From contig NMRA01000268.1 in the NCBI GenBank assembly GCA_002633005.1, positions 418,611 through 482,610 on the forward strand: a stretch of 64,000 nt of DNA, read 5' to 3'. The translations under genes and the position numbers were made by a program. Origin of the DNA: Phoronis australis (lineage: Eukaryota; Animalia; Phoronida). The notes below the pieces were generated by a model, which searched no databases, was not told the origin of the DNA, and saw only the letters and a program-made list of their open reading frames with translations. Numbering within the stretch: the stretch's first letter is position 1; the number at the start of each line of letters is the position of its first letter. Positions 1 through 11,156 of this stretch are shown here, piece after piece.

Positions 1-702
1 ACTATACTGCTTTAGTAACATAGACTGCCACGTCCACGGAAAACCTTTATACAAGTCATCAAACCCGTCCTCAGGCGGAGTGTCAGTCATTGCTGGCACG
101 AGAGTAGTCTTTAATATTTTCAACACTTCCATGGGAAGAGCTAGACGAAATGCGCAAATTTCCTCGGCATAACACTCCGGCTTCCAATGTCTCCTGTCGT
201 CTGCTTCATACTCAGATTTCCGCCAACCCTGCAGTGTGCAAAAATCTCCAAATACCTCTAACCACAATTCAACTGACTCTCGCTTGTCATCACAAGCCTG
301 CAGATCAAGCTTTGGTGGTTTAGTTTTTGACATTTTTCGCGATCCCACTCCTGACACCAAGTTGATGTTGACGGATTTTGTATGTGATAAAATAAACACA
401 GTCTTAGACGGAAGCCATCTTTATTCCAACTCCCTCCACTAGCGCCACCTAACAGTTACATAACTAACTACTCAACACTCTCATGTTAAGGGGGAGGAAA
501 TGTAGTGTATTGACTTTAGTCGTACTCATGTTTTATATAGAATAGAAACCAAAGTCGTAAGCATGTTCTATGCGGAACAGGATGTAAAGGGGACTTCCGG
601 TTTAGCCACCCTACTGGCAAGTTTGTAGCTTTGTTTAGTGTAGAATAAATCGTTGATTATCTTAACCATCTGGGTTGTTGATGTCTAATCAAAGATCCAA
701 CA
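1..702 (+). mobile_element. 3' end of a decayed Gypsy LTR retrotransposon: pol tail remnant, PPT (488-500), 3' LTR (501-702)
   Basis: Purine tract AAGGGGGAGGAAA sits directly before TGT...ACA (202 bp) with AATAAA at 644-649. Upstream remnants resemble Gypsy integrase C-termini (TSMGRARRN, RSSFGGLV). Confidence 0.65.
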
Positions 703-799
703 AGGTCATTACTAGGAACTGTTTGTAATGAATTCACAAATGTCGGAAAGACTGGGGTCTACGATTTGTGATGGCCGTCTACATGTCGAACCCCTTACG

Positions 800-926
800 A
801 AAAATTCGAATAGGATTTCCTATTGGATTCCTGTAGGAAATCCTGTAGAATTTTCTACTGGATACTATAGGATCCTATAGGAATCCTATAGGATTTCCTA
901 TTGGATCCTATAAGAAATCCTATAGG
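800..926. repeat. Degenerate tandem array of palindromic CCTATAGG/GGATCC-type units (about 10-12 bp)
   Basis: ataggatttcctattggattcctgtaggaaatcctgtag...gatcctataggaatcctataggatttcctattggatcctataagaaatcctatagg. Confidence 0.75.
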
Positions 927-1584
927 TTATATAGCTTGCACTTTATCTCGCCGGTTATCTGTGCATTTACAGAATGGATCAATTGAAGATCACTTCCAAA
1001 CACTCCACAAACAGAAAATTTCTCGTTCAGATATTGTTGACAAATACCATCGTCAGGTATTTCGAACGTCACTCCTTTCGTTTGAAAATACTCGAAGCTT
1101 TAATAATTAAAACTGAAACTCCTGACATAAATTCCCAAGATACTGGGTTCCATCGTACCTTGCCGTTATATAAATAATGTCCATAAGTTGTAACACCTAT
1201 GTATTTTGTTAAATTTCACAACGTTTCATAGTACATTAGTTTCCATGACAATTCCTTCTGTAATTGCGCTCTTATGTATGTAACCTTATGTTCGTGTTTA
1301 ATGTCATTGTTATTGTTTCATGTATCTTACACGATAGCGTTTACGATTTTTAAATTTATTTGCCTTTGATGACTGATGTATAGTCGAAGTACCGCTACTG
1401 TTTTATTATGAAATGTTTTGTACAGAGCTTTATTATATATTTACTCATATATATGTGTTCGTGATGCCACTTACATTGGGCGATCTACTATATCAACTAC
1501 CATCCGATGAAAAACACTTGTGTAGACACTACGAAAGTTTGTTGTACAAACTAATTAAAGCCAAGAACAGCTTACTTTTCAATG
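925..1584 (+). mobile_element. Penelope-like element 3' fragment (GIY-YIG C-terminus, 3' UTR/pseudo-LTR, restart of ORF); left arm of an inverted pair
   Basis: Frameshifted GYIACTLSRRLSVHLQNGSI...LKILEALIIKTETPDINSQ. It is the reverse complement of 1632-2295 and ends in the PLE-like ORF start MPLTLGDLL...KLIKAKNSLLFN. Confidence 0.85.
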
Positions 1585-1586
1585 AA

Positions 1587-1627
1587 CATATATACATATA
1601 CATGTACATATACATATACATATACAA
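1587..1627. repeat. (TATACA)n / (TA)n microsatellite spacer
   Basis: catatatacatatacatgtacatatacatatacatataca; a similar tract lies at 2515-2539. Confidence 0.9.
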
Positions 1628-1631
1628 ATTG

Positions 1632-2514
1632 CATTGAAAAGTGAGCTGTTCTTTGCTTTAATTAGTTTGTACAACAAACTTTCGTAGTTTCTACACAAGT
1701 GTCTTTCATCGGATGGTAGTTGATATAATAGATCGCCCAGTGTAAGTGACATCACGAACACATATATATGAGTAAATATACATGTATAATAAAACTCTGT
1801 ACAAAACATATCATAAAAAACAGTAGCGGTACTTCGACTATACATAAATCATCAAAGGCAAATAAATTTAAGAATCATAAACACTATCGTGTAAGATACA
1901 TGAAACAAGAACAATGACATTAAACACAAATATAAGGTTGCATACACAAGAGCGCAATTACAGAAGGAATTGTCATGGAAACTAATGTACTATGAAACGT
2001 TGTAAAATTTAATAAAATACATAGGTGTTACAACTTATGGACATTATTTATATAACGACAAGGTACGATGGAACCCAATATCTTGGGAATTTATGTCAGG
2101 AGTTTCAGTTTTTATTATTAAAGCTTCGAGTATTTTCAAACGAAAGGAGTCACGTTCGAAAGACCTGACGATTGTATTGTCAACAATATCTGAAAGAGAA
2201 ATTTTCTGTTTGTGGAGTGTTTGGAAGTGATCTTTAATTGATCCATTCTGTAAATGCATAGATAACCGGCGAGATAAAGTGCAAGTTGTATAACCAACAT
2301 ACCTTGAGCAATCAGTGTTTGAACGAATACATTCGTTGTGGGGACAATTGAACTGATAAATCAAGTCAGTTTTGGCTAACACTTGGACAAACTTTGAGCA
2401 CATAATGTTTTTAACAAGATCTTTAGTTTTATGGTTTTGGTAATATATAATTAACTTAAAGCTGTCTTCTGGCTTAACGGTCTTAACTTGTATAAAAGAA
2501 GGTCTGCTACCCAA
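1632..2514 (-). mobile_element. Penelope-like element 3' fragment with C-terminal GIY-YIG endonuclease (ORF 2044-2514)
   Basis: IYQFNCP..C...YVGYTTCTLSRRLSMH...H...LKILEALII....P.IN.Q is the Penelope/Poseidon-type GIY-YIG pattern. 5'-truncated, no RT. Confidence 0.85.
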
Positions 2515-3040
2515 ATATACAATATATACATATACATATGCGCATAGTTAAGCTAAGGCCAAAGTACCTACTTCTTCCTTCGTTCCCTGTCCTGAAATAT
2601 TAAAATGTCTAGCAAAGGAAAAGGAAGCTAGCGTGGTCGCGTGCTTTCCTTGTAATGCATGGCGATATCTTGCGATGTCTTGAGTGATCTTGCGTTTTCG
2701 CGGGGCCTCGTGTCTAGGAACACATGTGCTGCTCATGTTGTTTTTTCACAGAGCCCGTAGCATAACCCAGTTGAAGATTCACGTGACAGTTTTTGCAAAA
2801 GTTTTCTGAAAGTGTCTGCTAAAGTTGATGAGTTCTCCGACAAAAAGAAAAGAAGTTTAATTTTCAAACAATTATCGAAAAAAAAAACAGTTTGGTCTTG
2901 AATTAGGTATGCTACCGTCTGTTAACATGCTTTCTTATGTTTATCAACATACATGTAAATATCGATTGATCATTTCTGTCAATTTTCCCTCACGCTTGAT
3001 TGAAAAAATAATAAAGAATTTTACATTGTAAGCACGTTAA

Positions 3041-4505
3041 AGGAGAATGCCGCCCGATATAATTAGTCATTTTTACCGTCTTAATCGGTCTATATCCACA
3101 TCGCCTCGCATACGGTCGACCTTTCACTGCCGAGAGGTGTGGCGTTAACCTGTGAGGAAGATGAGAAACGAAGTCAGTGGTTCATCTGCAGAGTGAATGT
3201 CGCTATGTTGCGGTGCATCGTTCCCGCTCTTCAGAATTATAAAGCTGCAAGGAAAGAGGGTATATAGCTTTTTCGACTTCCTCGAGAGCCCGAAATGTTT
3301 AGGAAGTGGCTCGCGGTAGAGAAGAGTGAAAATTACTCTGTTAATAGCAAGTATGAAACGTCTCCGTATCTGTGGCTAGCATTTCGTAGACAGTGATTTC
3401 TCTGACTAATGCCGGCTTAACAAAGAACTACTCATACGTTCCGTTGCCTGTGCAATCAGCAGTGTTCACGGCGCCTCTCTGGTATTTCTTGATCAGTGTA
3501 TTCCGGTTCGAATTGATAGTTTGTGAAACCTAACGATCGACCTAGCTGTGAAGTCTTCGTCGGATTCGCTGTCGTCTAAGTCGGGATTGCGAGTTGCCAT
3601 GTTGACGTTTATTATTCTGCGTTGTTTCAAAACGAATTATTCTCTCACAAACCAATGTTTATATAAAACTGAAACAAAGTCTGTCTCATAAGATACAATT
3701 TGTAATGCCTTTGGAGTATTCGTGAGTGCAATTGTTTTGAGAAGCCTGCAACAATGAATAAACCACTGCGTTACCGGCTTTAGATGCAATAAAGGTAAAT
3801 GACCGTGCACCGAGGCCGTATGAGCGCATTCTAATCAATTTTTTTTTGCTGAAAGAAAGGTGTTAAGAATTCTTTGGTTCACTATTTTAGTCTTTTTCTG
3901 ACTGTAGGTTTAGCTTACAAGCTGGTTTATGTTTGTGATGTCCAGTCCCGGCGGCCGCGACGGGACTCAGTGATCGGGTTCCGAGCCACTGGCTGGGATA
4001 ACAAGCATTTTGTGTGTCTAGTACTGAAAAAAATCTCAAGTCTAAAAGTGCAACACACAGCTGTATTCTCGTGTCAGTATTTCACGGAGGAATGATTCGA
4101 ATTTATCGCCAAACAGACCCAATCTCCCAGGATCGACCATGGTAAATTGGCCTACTCACTGAGTACCGAACTCTGTAGGCTACGGTACGTTCAAATACCT
4201 ATAAATCTGAAACAGTGAAATAAAACAACACGTTTGTTCAAGAACTCCATGTATTTGTAAGGGTTTTACATCGAATTTTGATGATTTATTGTTGTAAAAC
4301 GATGAATTCAAGCCATAAGTTGACAGTAGTAAGCGTGTTGTGAACGGCTGAGCAGACTACGTTTGAACCTATTACGTCATTGGTTAATTTCAACACCTTC
4401 GTCTTCAGTCAGGTGTCAGGTAAAACAACTGAACTTGCTGTTATCGAGTGGAACTACTCGATCTAACTTGATACAAAATAGGTTGTTTTTGAGCGGCATT
4501 CTCCT
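3041..4505 (+). mobile_element. Non-autonomous Kolobok-type DNA transposon, copy 1, with THAP remnant (about 3197-3400)
   Basis: TTAA on both sides and a perfect 13-bp TIR AGGAGAATGCCGC/GCGGCATTCTCCT. Internal FRLPREPEMFRKWL...RIC..HF THAP-like remnant. Second copy at 18299-20581. Confidence 0.8.
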
Positions 4506-5085
4506 TTAACCACGTTGTTATATGATTTATTGAGACACATACACATGGCCGTAGGCCCCAAGTATATCATGTACAAGACAGAACATTGTTAGGTGCCACG
4601 TTTCAAACTGGATAATACATTATGACGCTTGAGAGCGTGATGGACGAATTTAATAAGTAGGCTATCTGGAGTTCTCATGAGAGAATCAAATTTAGATGTC
4701 GTGGGAGAATGACAAAAACGATCACTTAAGTGCTTAACCCGAAGGTCTTGGTCCGCACTACAAACTAACACAACGTGGTATTCGTCCTCTACACACCCCG
4801 AATTACATAACTCACACAACCTGTTTTCATAGGGAATATTTGTGTGGCGACCTCTTTCCACNNNNNNNNNNNNNNNNNNNNNNNNNNNNNNNNNNNNNNN
4901 NNNNNNNNNNNNNNNNNNNNNNNNNNNNNNNNNNNNNNNNNNNNNNNNNNNNNNNNNNNNNNNNNNNNNNNNNNNNNNNNNNNNNNNNNNNNNNNNNNNN
5001 NNNNNNNNNNNNNNNNNNNNNNNNNNNNNNNNNNNNNNNNNNNNNNNNNNNNNNNNNNNNNNNNNNNNNNNNNNNNNNNNNNNNN

Positions 5086-5300
5086 GAGTCCTCAAAGTGG
5101 GCAGAACACAGAGTGGCCCCGGACCGAATCGCTTGGTCCACGATGACGTCCCACACTCTCGTTCGGCGCACGAAGTCATGCCACTTCTGCGCAACTTTGG
5201 TGTCCTTCGGAACACCGAGACGTTTTCCGCCTGGCTGCTGTTGCTGCAGCATCCGGAAACACATCTTTTGATCCCTCTACGAACCTTCTCGACGCTAAAT
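5086..5300 (-). pseudogene. THAP zinc-finger remnant of a DNA transposon inserted in the LINE
   Basis: RCVSGCCSNS + frameshift + PKDTKVAQKWHDFVRR...LCSAHFED; runs into the N gap. Confidence 0.75.
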
Positions 5301-5503
5301 GTAATTTGCATTCTCTTCACTCTATACACTTTGTCTCTGATCCGAACGGTATTGCGAACGACTTGGGTTCAACCAGAGACCGTTAGCGTCTTTGGTTCAA
5401 CCCATGACGTTGTACATAATTATTATTTTTTTTAATTTTTGCTTGTTTCTTTATGAGCTGTGCACTAAAGGCACTGAAATCAAGTAAGATATAATAATAA
5501 AAT

Positions 5504-8101
5504 TTATTTTGAGGTACTAGAGTCATGTTGTGTACACTTTAATTTACAAATTGCAGAGGCAGCTTTATTTGCTTGACTAGATAAGGCTTTAATGGCTTTG
5601 GTCCACGAAACTTTTGGAGTAATAAGTAGTCCAATGTATTTGTTATGAGGAACCACATCAAGCAATGTTCCATTGTAAAACCATTTCTCATATCGTCTTA
5701 GGGGACCGCCATTTCTGAAAACGACCACTTTAGTTTTTTTCAAGTTTACTTGCATGCCCCATGATTTGCAAAATTCTGCCAAACAATTAAGCATACGTTG
5801 TAAGTTGATGGCTGTAGAGGAACATAACACCATATCGTCTGCGTACAGTAGGGAGTTAACTCTTGGCACTTGTTCGCTGAGATATGTGCTATTTCTATTA
5901 CTTTTCATACTCATTTGATCCAGAAATTCATTTAGATACAACACAAATAATAATGGGCTGATCATGCAACCCTGGCGAGTACCAACAGTACAATTAAAGA
6001 ACTCTGCAAGACCATCTTGAGTTTTCACACAAGTGCGCAACTTACTATACATAGAACGGATTATGTTGAAAATTTTACCATGCACATCAATGTTTTTCAA
6101 TCTATAGAATAGTAAATTATGTGGGATTCGATTGAATGCCTTCGAGAAATCTACAAAAGCACAGTAAAATCTCCCACCCTGCCGACTCAAATACTTGTGG
6201 CACATAGATTGAAGTGTAAACACTTGGTCAATCGTAGAGTAGCCTTTTCTAAACCCAGCTTGAGACTCATAAAGTTTATCATTATTTTCAGCCCAGTAAT
6301 AAAGACGATTATTTGGTAAAAAGTTTTCCCAAAGCAGACAACAGGGAGAAACCTCTATAGTTATTTTCGTCATTGATATTGCCTTGTTTATGTACTGGAG
6401 TACGCACTGCGTCACACCATGTCTTGGGATAACACCCAGAATCAAATATTGCATCAAATAACTTATGCAAGACTGGCACTATCGTTACCTTCGTGCACTT
6501 CAGCATTTCAAAGATGACGCCATCATGTCCCCCAGCCTTGCCATTAGGCAATTGTTCAATGGCCTCATATATTTCAGGAGGCAAGAAATCAGTATTAAGA
6601 TCAGAAGGGAAATTGTTACTACACTTTTCACACGAACTATCATGTTCAATCATTTCCTGCGTGGCAAATTGACTCAAGAACTCGTCAATAGAGCAGTTTT
6701 GATTCAATAAATCCTTGAAATAGTCGTGCCATTTCTGCGGACTAATTGTAGAAGACTTACGGGATGTCCAAATATTGGATTTAATTATTTGCCAGAACTC
6801 CTTAGGGTTATTTTTGGAACGTTTAATGGCTTCAATATGTCGGGCTTCATATGCTTTCTCTTTCTGTTTAAACAGATCACGGAAAGCTTTCTTTTTTACA
6901 TTGTACATGTTAAGGTAAAAGACAGAAGAGTTTTTACGAAACAGTTTTAAAGATCAATATTTTTGGTCGTTTGGCCGAAGCCAATTCATCATCCCACCAG
7001 GGTGGCTGCTTTGTCCGAGAGTTTCGATTTACTTTAGTCTTACTATTCGTAGATGTACGAGTTCTCATGGTAGATACGGCCGACTGCCACAGCAAATCTG
7101 TTATGGATCTGACCGCATTATCTAGATTGCCACTAGCCACCGAGCTATCCACGGCCGCCGTACAATTCTCAGCACCAGCAAATCTTTGGCACCAGTTGAA
7201 AAAACATGAGAGAATGTCTGTGCATTAGAGCTTTCCCACTGAATTCGGCTATGCGGGTGTAACAATGGAACCATAGGAGGGTTGATCTCTGACCTGCTAC
7301 ACCTAAGCTTACAAATAACTGGTAGATGATCAGATTCATCCCATTCATCCACAAAAAAATCCTCCACTAAATCAAACAGTTGTGTAGATAATAATACATA
7401 ATCCACTAAACTACGTCCACCTCCCGACAGACAGGTAAACTCACCCCTAGTGTCACCGGAGAAACGACCGTTGACAATATGAATACTAAGTTCGTGACAT
7501 AACTCAATGAGACAATTTCGTCCTTAGAATTCCTAGGCAAATGAAATGTATCCGCTTCATACCAGTCCTGGCATGGCAAATATTTTGGGCTATCATCTAA
7601 AATGAAGTCTACCATATTCCCTGTTCTGGCATTGAGATCGCCCACAATAGTCAACGAGCAATCACTGAAACGATCAGTCAAGTTGGTAATCTCTCTATGC
7701 AACAATAATACACCGCTGTTCTCTGGTGAACCTGTGCCATTAAAATATGAACTTGAACCTTCAGTGGGTAAATAAACAAAGAACATCAAAACATCCTGAA
7801 CAACGCCAAATAGTTCCCTCTCACATTTCAAACAGTTACCAAAGGAAAACTGTGAATGTATGCGTCTGAAATGTTTAGAAATTGAGTGTTTAATGAAAAT
7901 ATTAACGCCTCCAGAGTATCTACCTTTTCTTTTTTTCTTATTATAACATAGATTAAACGATTCATAGCCTGACAGCTCAAATTGATCTGAGCATTTTGCC
8001 CATGTTTCACAGATACAAATTATGTCGTAAGTAGATAAGTACATTTGGACTTCGTCCCTAACAATTTTATTTTCTAATCCTTGTGCATTCCAAGAAACCA
8101 T
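5504..8101 (-). pseudogene. LINE ORF2 (APE endonuclease + reverse transcriptase), frameshifted
   Basis: SWNAQGL, ETW, GDLNARTG, DYVL..SDHLP (APE); QAGFRKG, FVDFSKAF, GTRQGCMISPLLF, LYADD (RT), spread over several frames. Confidence 0.92.
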
Positions 8102-8128
8102 TGAAAGTGTAGGGCCATGGCCTGACCA

Positions 8129-8891
8129 CTAGTAACCTGCTGCGCCATTCACTTCAGGTCCGTAAACACCAGTTTCCGGGGGTTGTCCAGAAACCATAAC
8201 CATGGGCTTGTGCTCCGTCACCTCATCTGATTCGACATTGTACAAATAAACACGACCTTGATACATTAATTTGTCGTACCTAATCTTTGCATTTGTCCAG
8301 TTCTTACCACGTGAGAATTCATACAGACGCCGCCTCGCCTTCTTCATAGGTACGGAGAAGTCCTGAGTGACGAAGATATCAGTGTTATTGTCCTTCTTAT
8401 TCTGTAGAACCTTGTCTTTATCTTTAGACCTCATTTTTGCGATTATCGGGCGATGTTTGTTTGCAGTTTTGCGGCCAAGTCTGTGAGTTCGTTCGATTAT
8501 GACACCATCAACATCCAGGCAGTCCTTCAAAATGTCGGTACCTTTGGACTCAGACTGTTCCCACGATTCGTGATTCTCCTCCGGTATGCCATGAAAGATC
8601 AAGTTGTCGCGTCTTGATCGATTCTCTAGGTCGTCTAATTTAGACTCAAGGTATTTCACCTTTTCATGTAAACGACGATTTTCCTCTCGTGTTGCGTAGT
8701 AGTCATTTTTTTTGTCGCAGAGCATCTAGTTCTTTAAATACATCTGATTTCAAGTTCTCAAATTTATCATTCAAGAGTTTCAATAGCTCCCTGTTAGAAA
8801 TGTCAGACGTAGAGGGGTCCGGTTGAGTTAGATAAGACGTGATCCCCCGGGTTTGTGGCCTACTACTGGTTGGAGTGTTCTTGGGAGGCAT
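8129..8891 (-). pseudogene. LINE ORF1 (coiled coil + RRM, L1 ORF1p/Transposase_22-like), one frameshift
   Basis: LENRSRRDNLIFHGIPE, IERTHRLG, RPIIAK and IFVTQDFS motifs directly upstream of ORF2. Confidence 0.85.
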
Positions 8892-10374
8892 GGTGAAACA
8901 TCAATTACGTAACAATAGCTTCACAATCGATGTAGGTCGAGAATATCAAAATGTCCGACCACTCTTTCAGCAATGACAGGGCGACAACTCAAAGTTTGCA
9001 GTAACAGTTAATAGACACACGCATGGGACTTAACTCACCAAAGAGCACCTCCACAAAACAAAGTCTTTCTGGCTTGATTGCAATTAAAGTGCAGAAACCA
9101 GGTTACGAGTGCATAAAACACCAAATTAGGGAGAGACAACGAAACTTCAAGCGTGGCAATACTACGACAACGCCACCACGTTGTAGTTGTTAGTAATACA
9201 ACGATTGCCTTGTTTTATAACTCAAACATTGGCAATAATATGCCTAGGCCTACATGTGTTTTAACACATGTGTTTTAACACATGGAGGCTTATTACTGCT
9301 CTTTAAAAAGCGTTAAATCTTCAAGTAAAGTCTTCTATTAATGCACACTGCACTACACCAGTGGACTCACAACTGAATAAACCTTTACTCATTTGAGGAT
9401 TTGGCCTTTACGGTTAGTCATGATCCCGAACTCAAATGATTTGGCACCATTTATACTCTTTCACTTGGTAGATAAATATTTCAGTTTATATTTTAGTGGA
9501 AATCAAGAGCTGGTAGCTTTTAATTTATAATGTCTCCTACTGTTGGCTATGCTTGACACATGCTTGAATTTGTTTCTCAGCAAAATCTATTGTTGTTGTG
9601 ATTTTATTGCAGTGGCGGATCAAGGATATCATAAGGGGGTCCAACATTTTGTCTGTAAACATTTGCGCAAAGCACGATTGTAGATGCGCATAGCACCGAA
9701 TTGGGAAAAAATTTTCTGTTTTTTCCTCTAAAAAGCAAGCATTTTTCTAGATTCCTGAAGTATTATCCAAGAAAAAAAGGCAAAGAAAAAAAAACGAAAA
9801 AAAAAACCGAGAACGTGTCAAACTTGAAAAAACTGCAATTACCACAGACTCGAACTTACGACCTGGCGGACAGAGCGCACGTGCTTTACCGCAGCAGATT
9901 TCACTAGTATTAAAATACCTACTTGTTTATGGTCCACAGAGTTTGTGCGCGAAACCTAATTCTCTTTGTAATGCTCATTACAATTACACTTTTTGTATTT
10001 TGTGCAATCAGTTCGTAACAAATTTGTTGCATTTAAAATAGTCTTCAATTGCCAAAAAGACCAAATCCGTTTTTTTGTGTTGGCATTAATGACGCGATTG
10101 CTTTGGAAATCGTCTTAAGTTAAGGTTTGACAGAGAGAGAATTATGAGTTTCTGCCGGAGTGATTCACTAAGGCTTCGATTAAAATTCACATCTTATCAA
10201 CAGCTTCCGTTTTTTCATCGTCACTCAGATTCCATTTCCTTTAAAAAATGAAGTAATTTTCTTCATTGCACCATAGACTATAGCATATGGACCGCCAACT
10301 CCGTATACTTTCAATGGACGAAATCTGTGAGCTTACGCATAAGCCGTTACGTCATTATTCACTGGCGACACCTG

Positions 10375-10513
10375 GCGTGCGTTCAATTGACGCTAGGAGC
10401 TAGCTAAAATCTAGTCAAAGTCACGTGTTCTCATTTGAAATACACGGCAATATCTCACGTAATTTCGCGAAGTCTTGCTTTTTAGCGAGGTCCTAGCGTT
10501 ACTGAACGGGAGG
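10375..10513 (-). mobile_element. MITE family C (about 140-160 bp, Harbinger-like, CWG TSD)
   Basis: CTG on both sides; subterminal CGTTCA/TGAACG inverted repeats. Other copies at about 30088-30242, 39622-39779 and 62254-62393. Confidence 0.75.
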
Positions 10514-11082
10514 CTGGCTAAATTTTCTGGTGCAATTTCCGTCAAGTACGTCGTCTGCTAATCATGGTCGGCATCTGTGTGGCACTAATCAGACGGTTGG
10601 TCTCAGCAGAATGCGCACATTTGGTCAAGATTTGGATCAGCGATTTCAACAAATTCACATTCGTGTACAAATAAATAGAACGCTTGTAAAACCTTTAACA
10701 TAAATAAAGATTACTTTAATACTTCAGAAATAAACACCTGTAGCAGTCAAAATCTATCTCGCAATTCAACAGCAGGTTACACACTCATTTCATGTCGAAT
10801 ATATGCCGCACAAATTCTCTCGACTGCAGTCTATGAAAATGCAACCAACTTCTTTGAAAACATGGAACAGGAAATGACACCAGAGGGGTGTGAAAGTTAT
10901 GCTTCAATGTTAATTTTTTTGTAAGCGGACAAATGGTTATTAAATTTCCGCCTTAAGTCCTAACATTTCCAAACTTAACCCTTTCAAACGAACGTTTATG
11001 ACGAAAACAAAATTCTTCAACCAGATTTGTAAAGTCTTATGCCACCTGCAGGGTACACAATGAACTAATCCCACTCCTAATG

Positions 11083-11156
11083 TAACAAAAGGTTACCGTG
11101 CATAAAGGATACTAAGTATTAACAAAAGGGTACCGTGCATAAAGGATACTAAGTAT
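11083..11156. repeat. 37-bp direct tandem duplication
   Basis: taacaaaagg(t/g)taccgtgcataaaggatactaagtat x2. Confidence 0.9.

Larger units (their letters stand above)
4519..9174 (-). mobile_element. Full-span but degenerate LINE (RTE-X/CR1-L2 group), interrupted by a gap and a THAP fragment
   Basis: 10-bp TSD ACCACGTTGT at 4509-4518 and 9175-9184. Carries ORF1, APE, RT and a C-terminal RLC..C...EDEYH...C motif (4589-4861); AATAAA near the 3' end. Confidence 0.85.

Noticed and set aside
11083-11156. CRISPR-like 37-bp repeat
   Set aside because: Two adjacent copies with no spacer, no cas genes, eukaryotic context.
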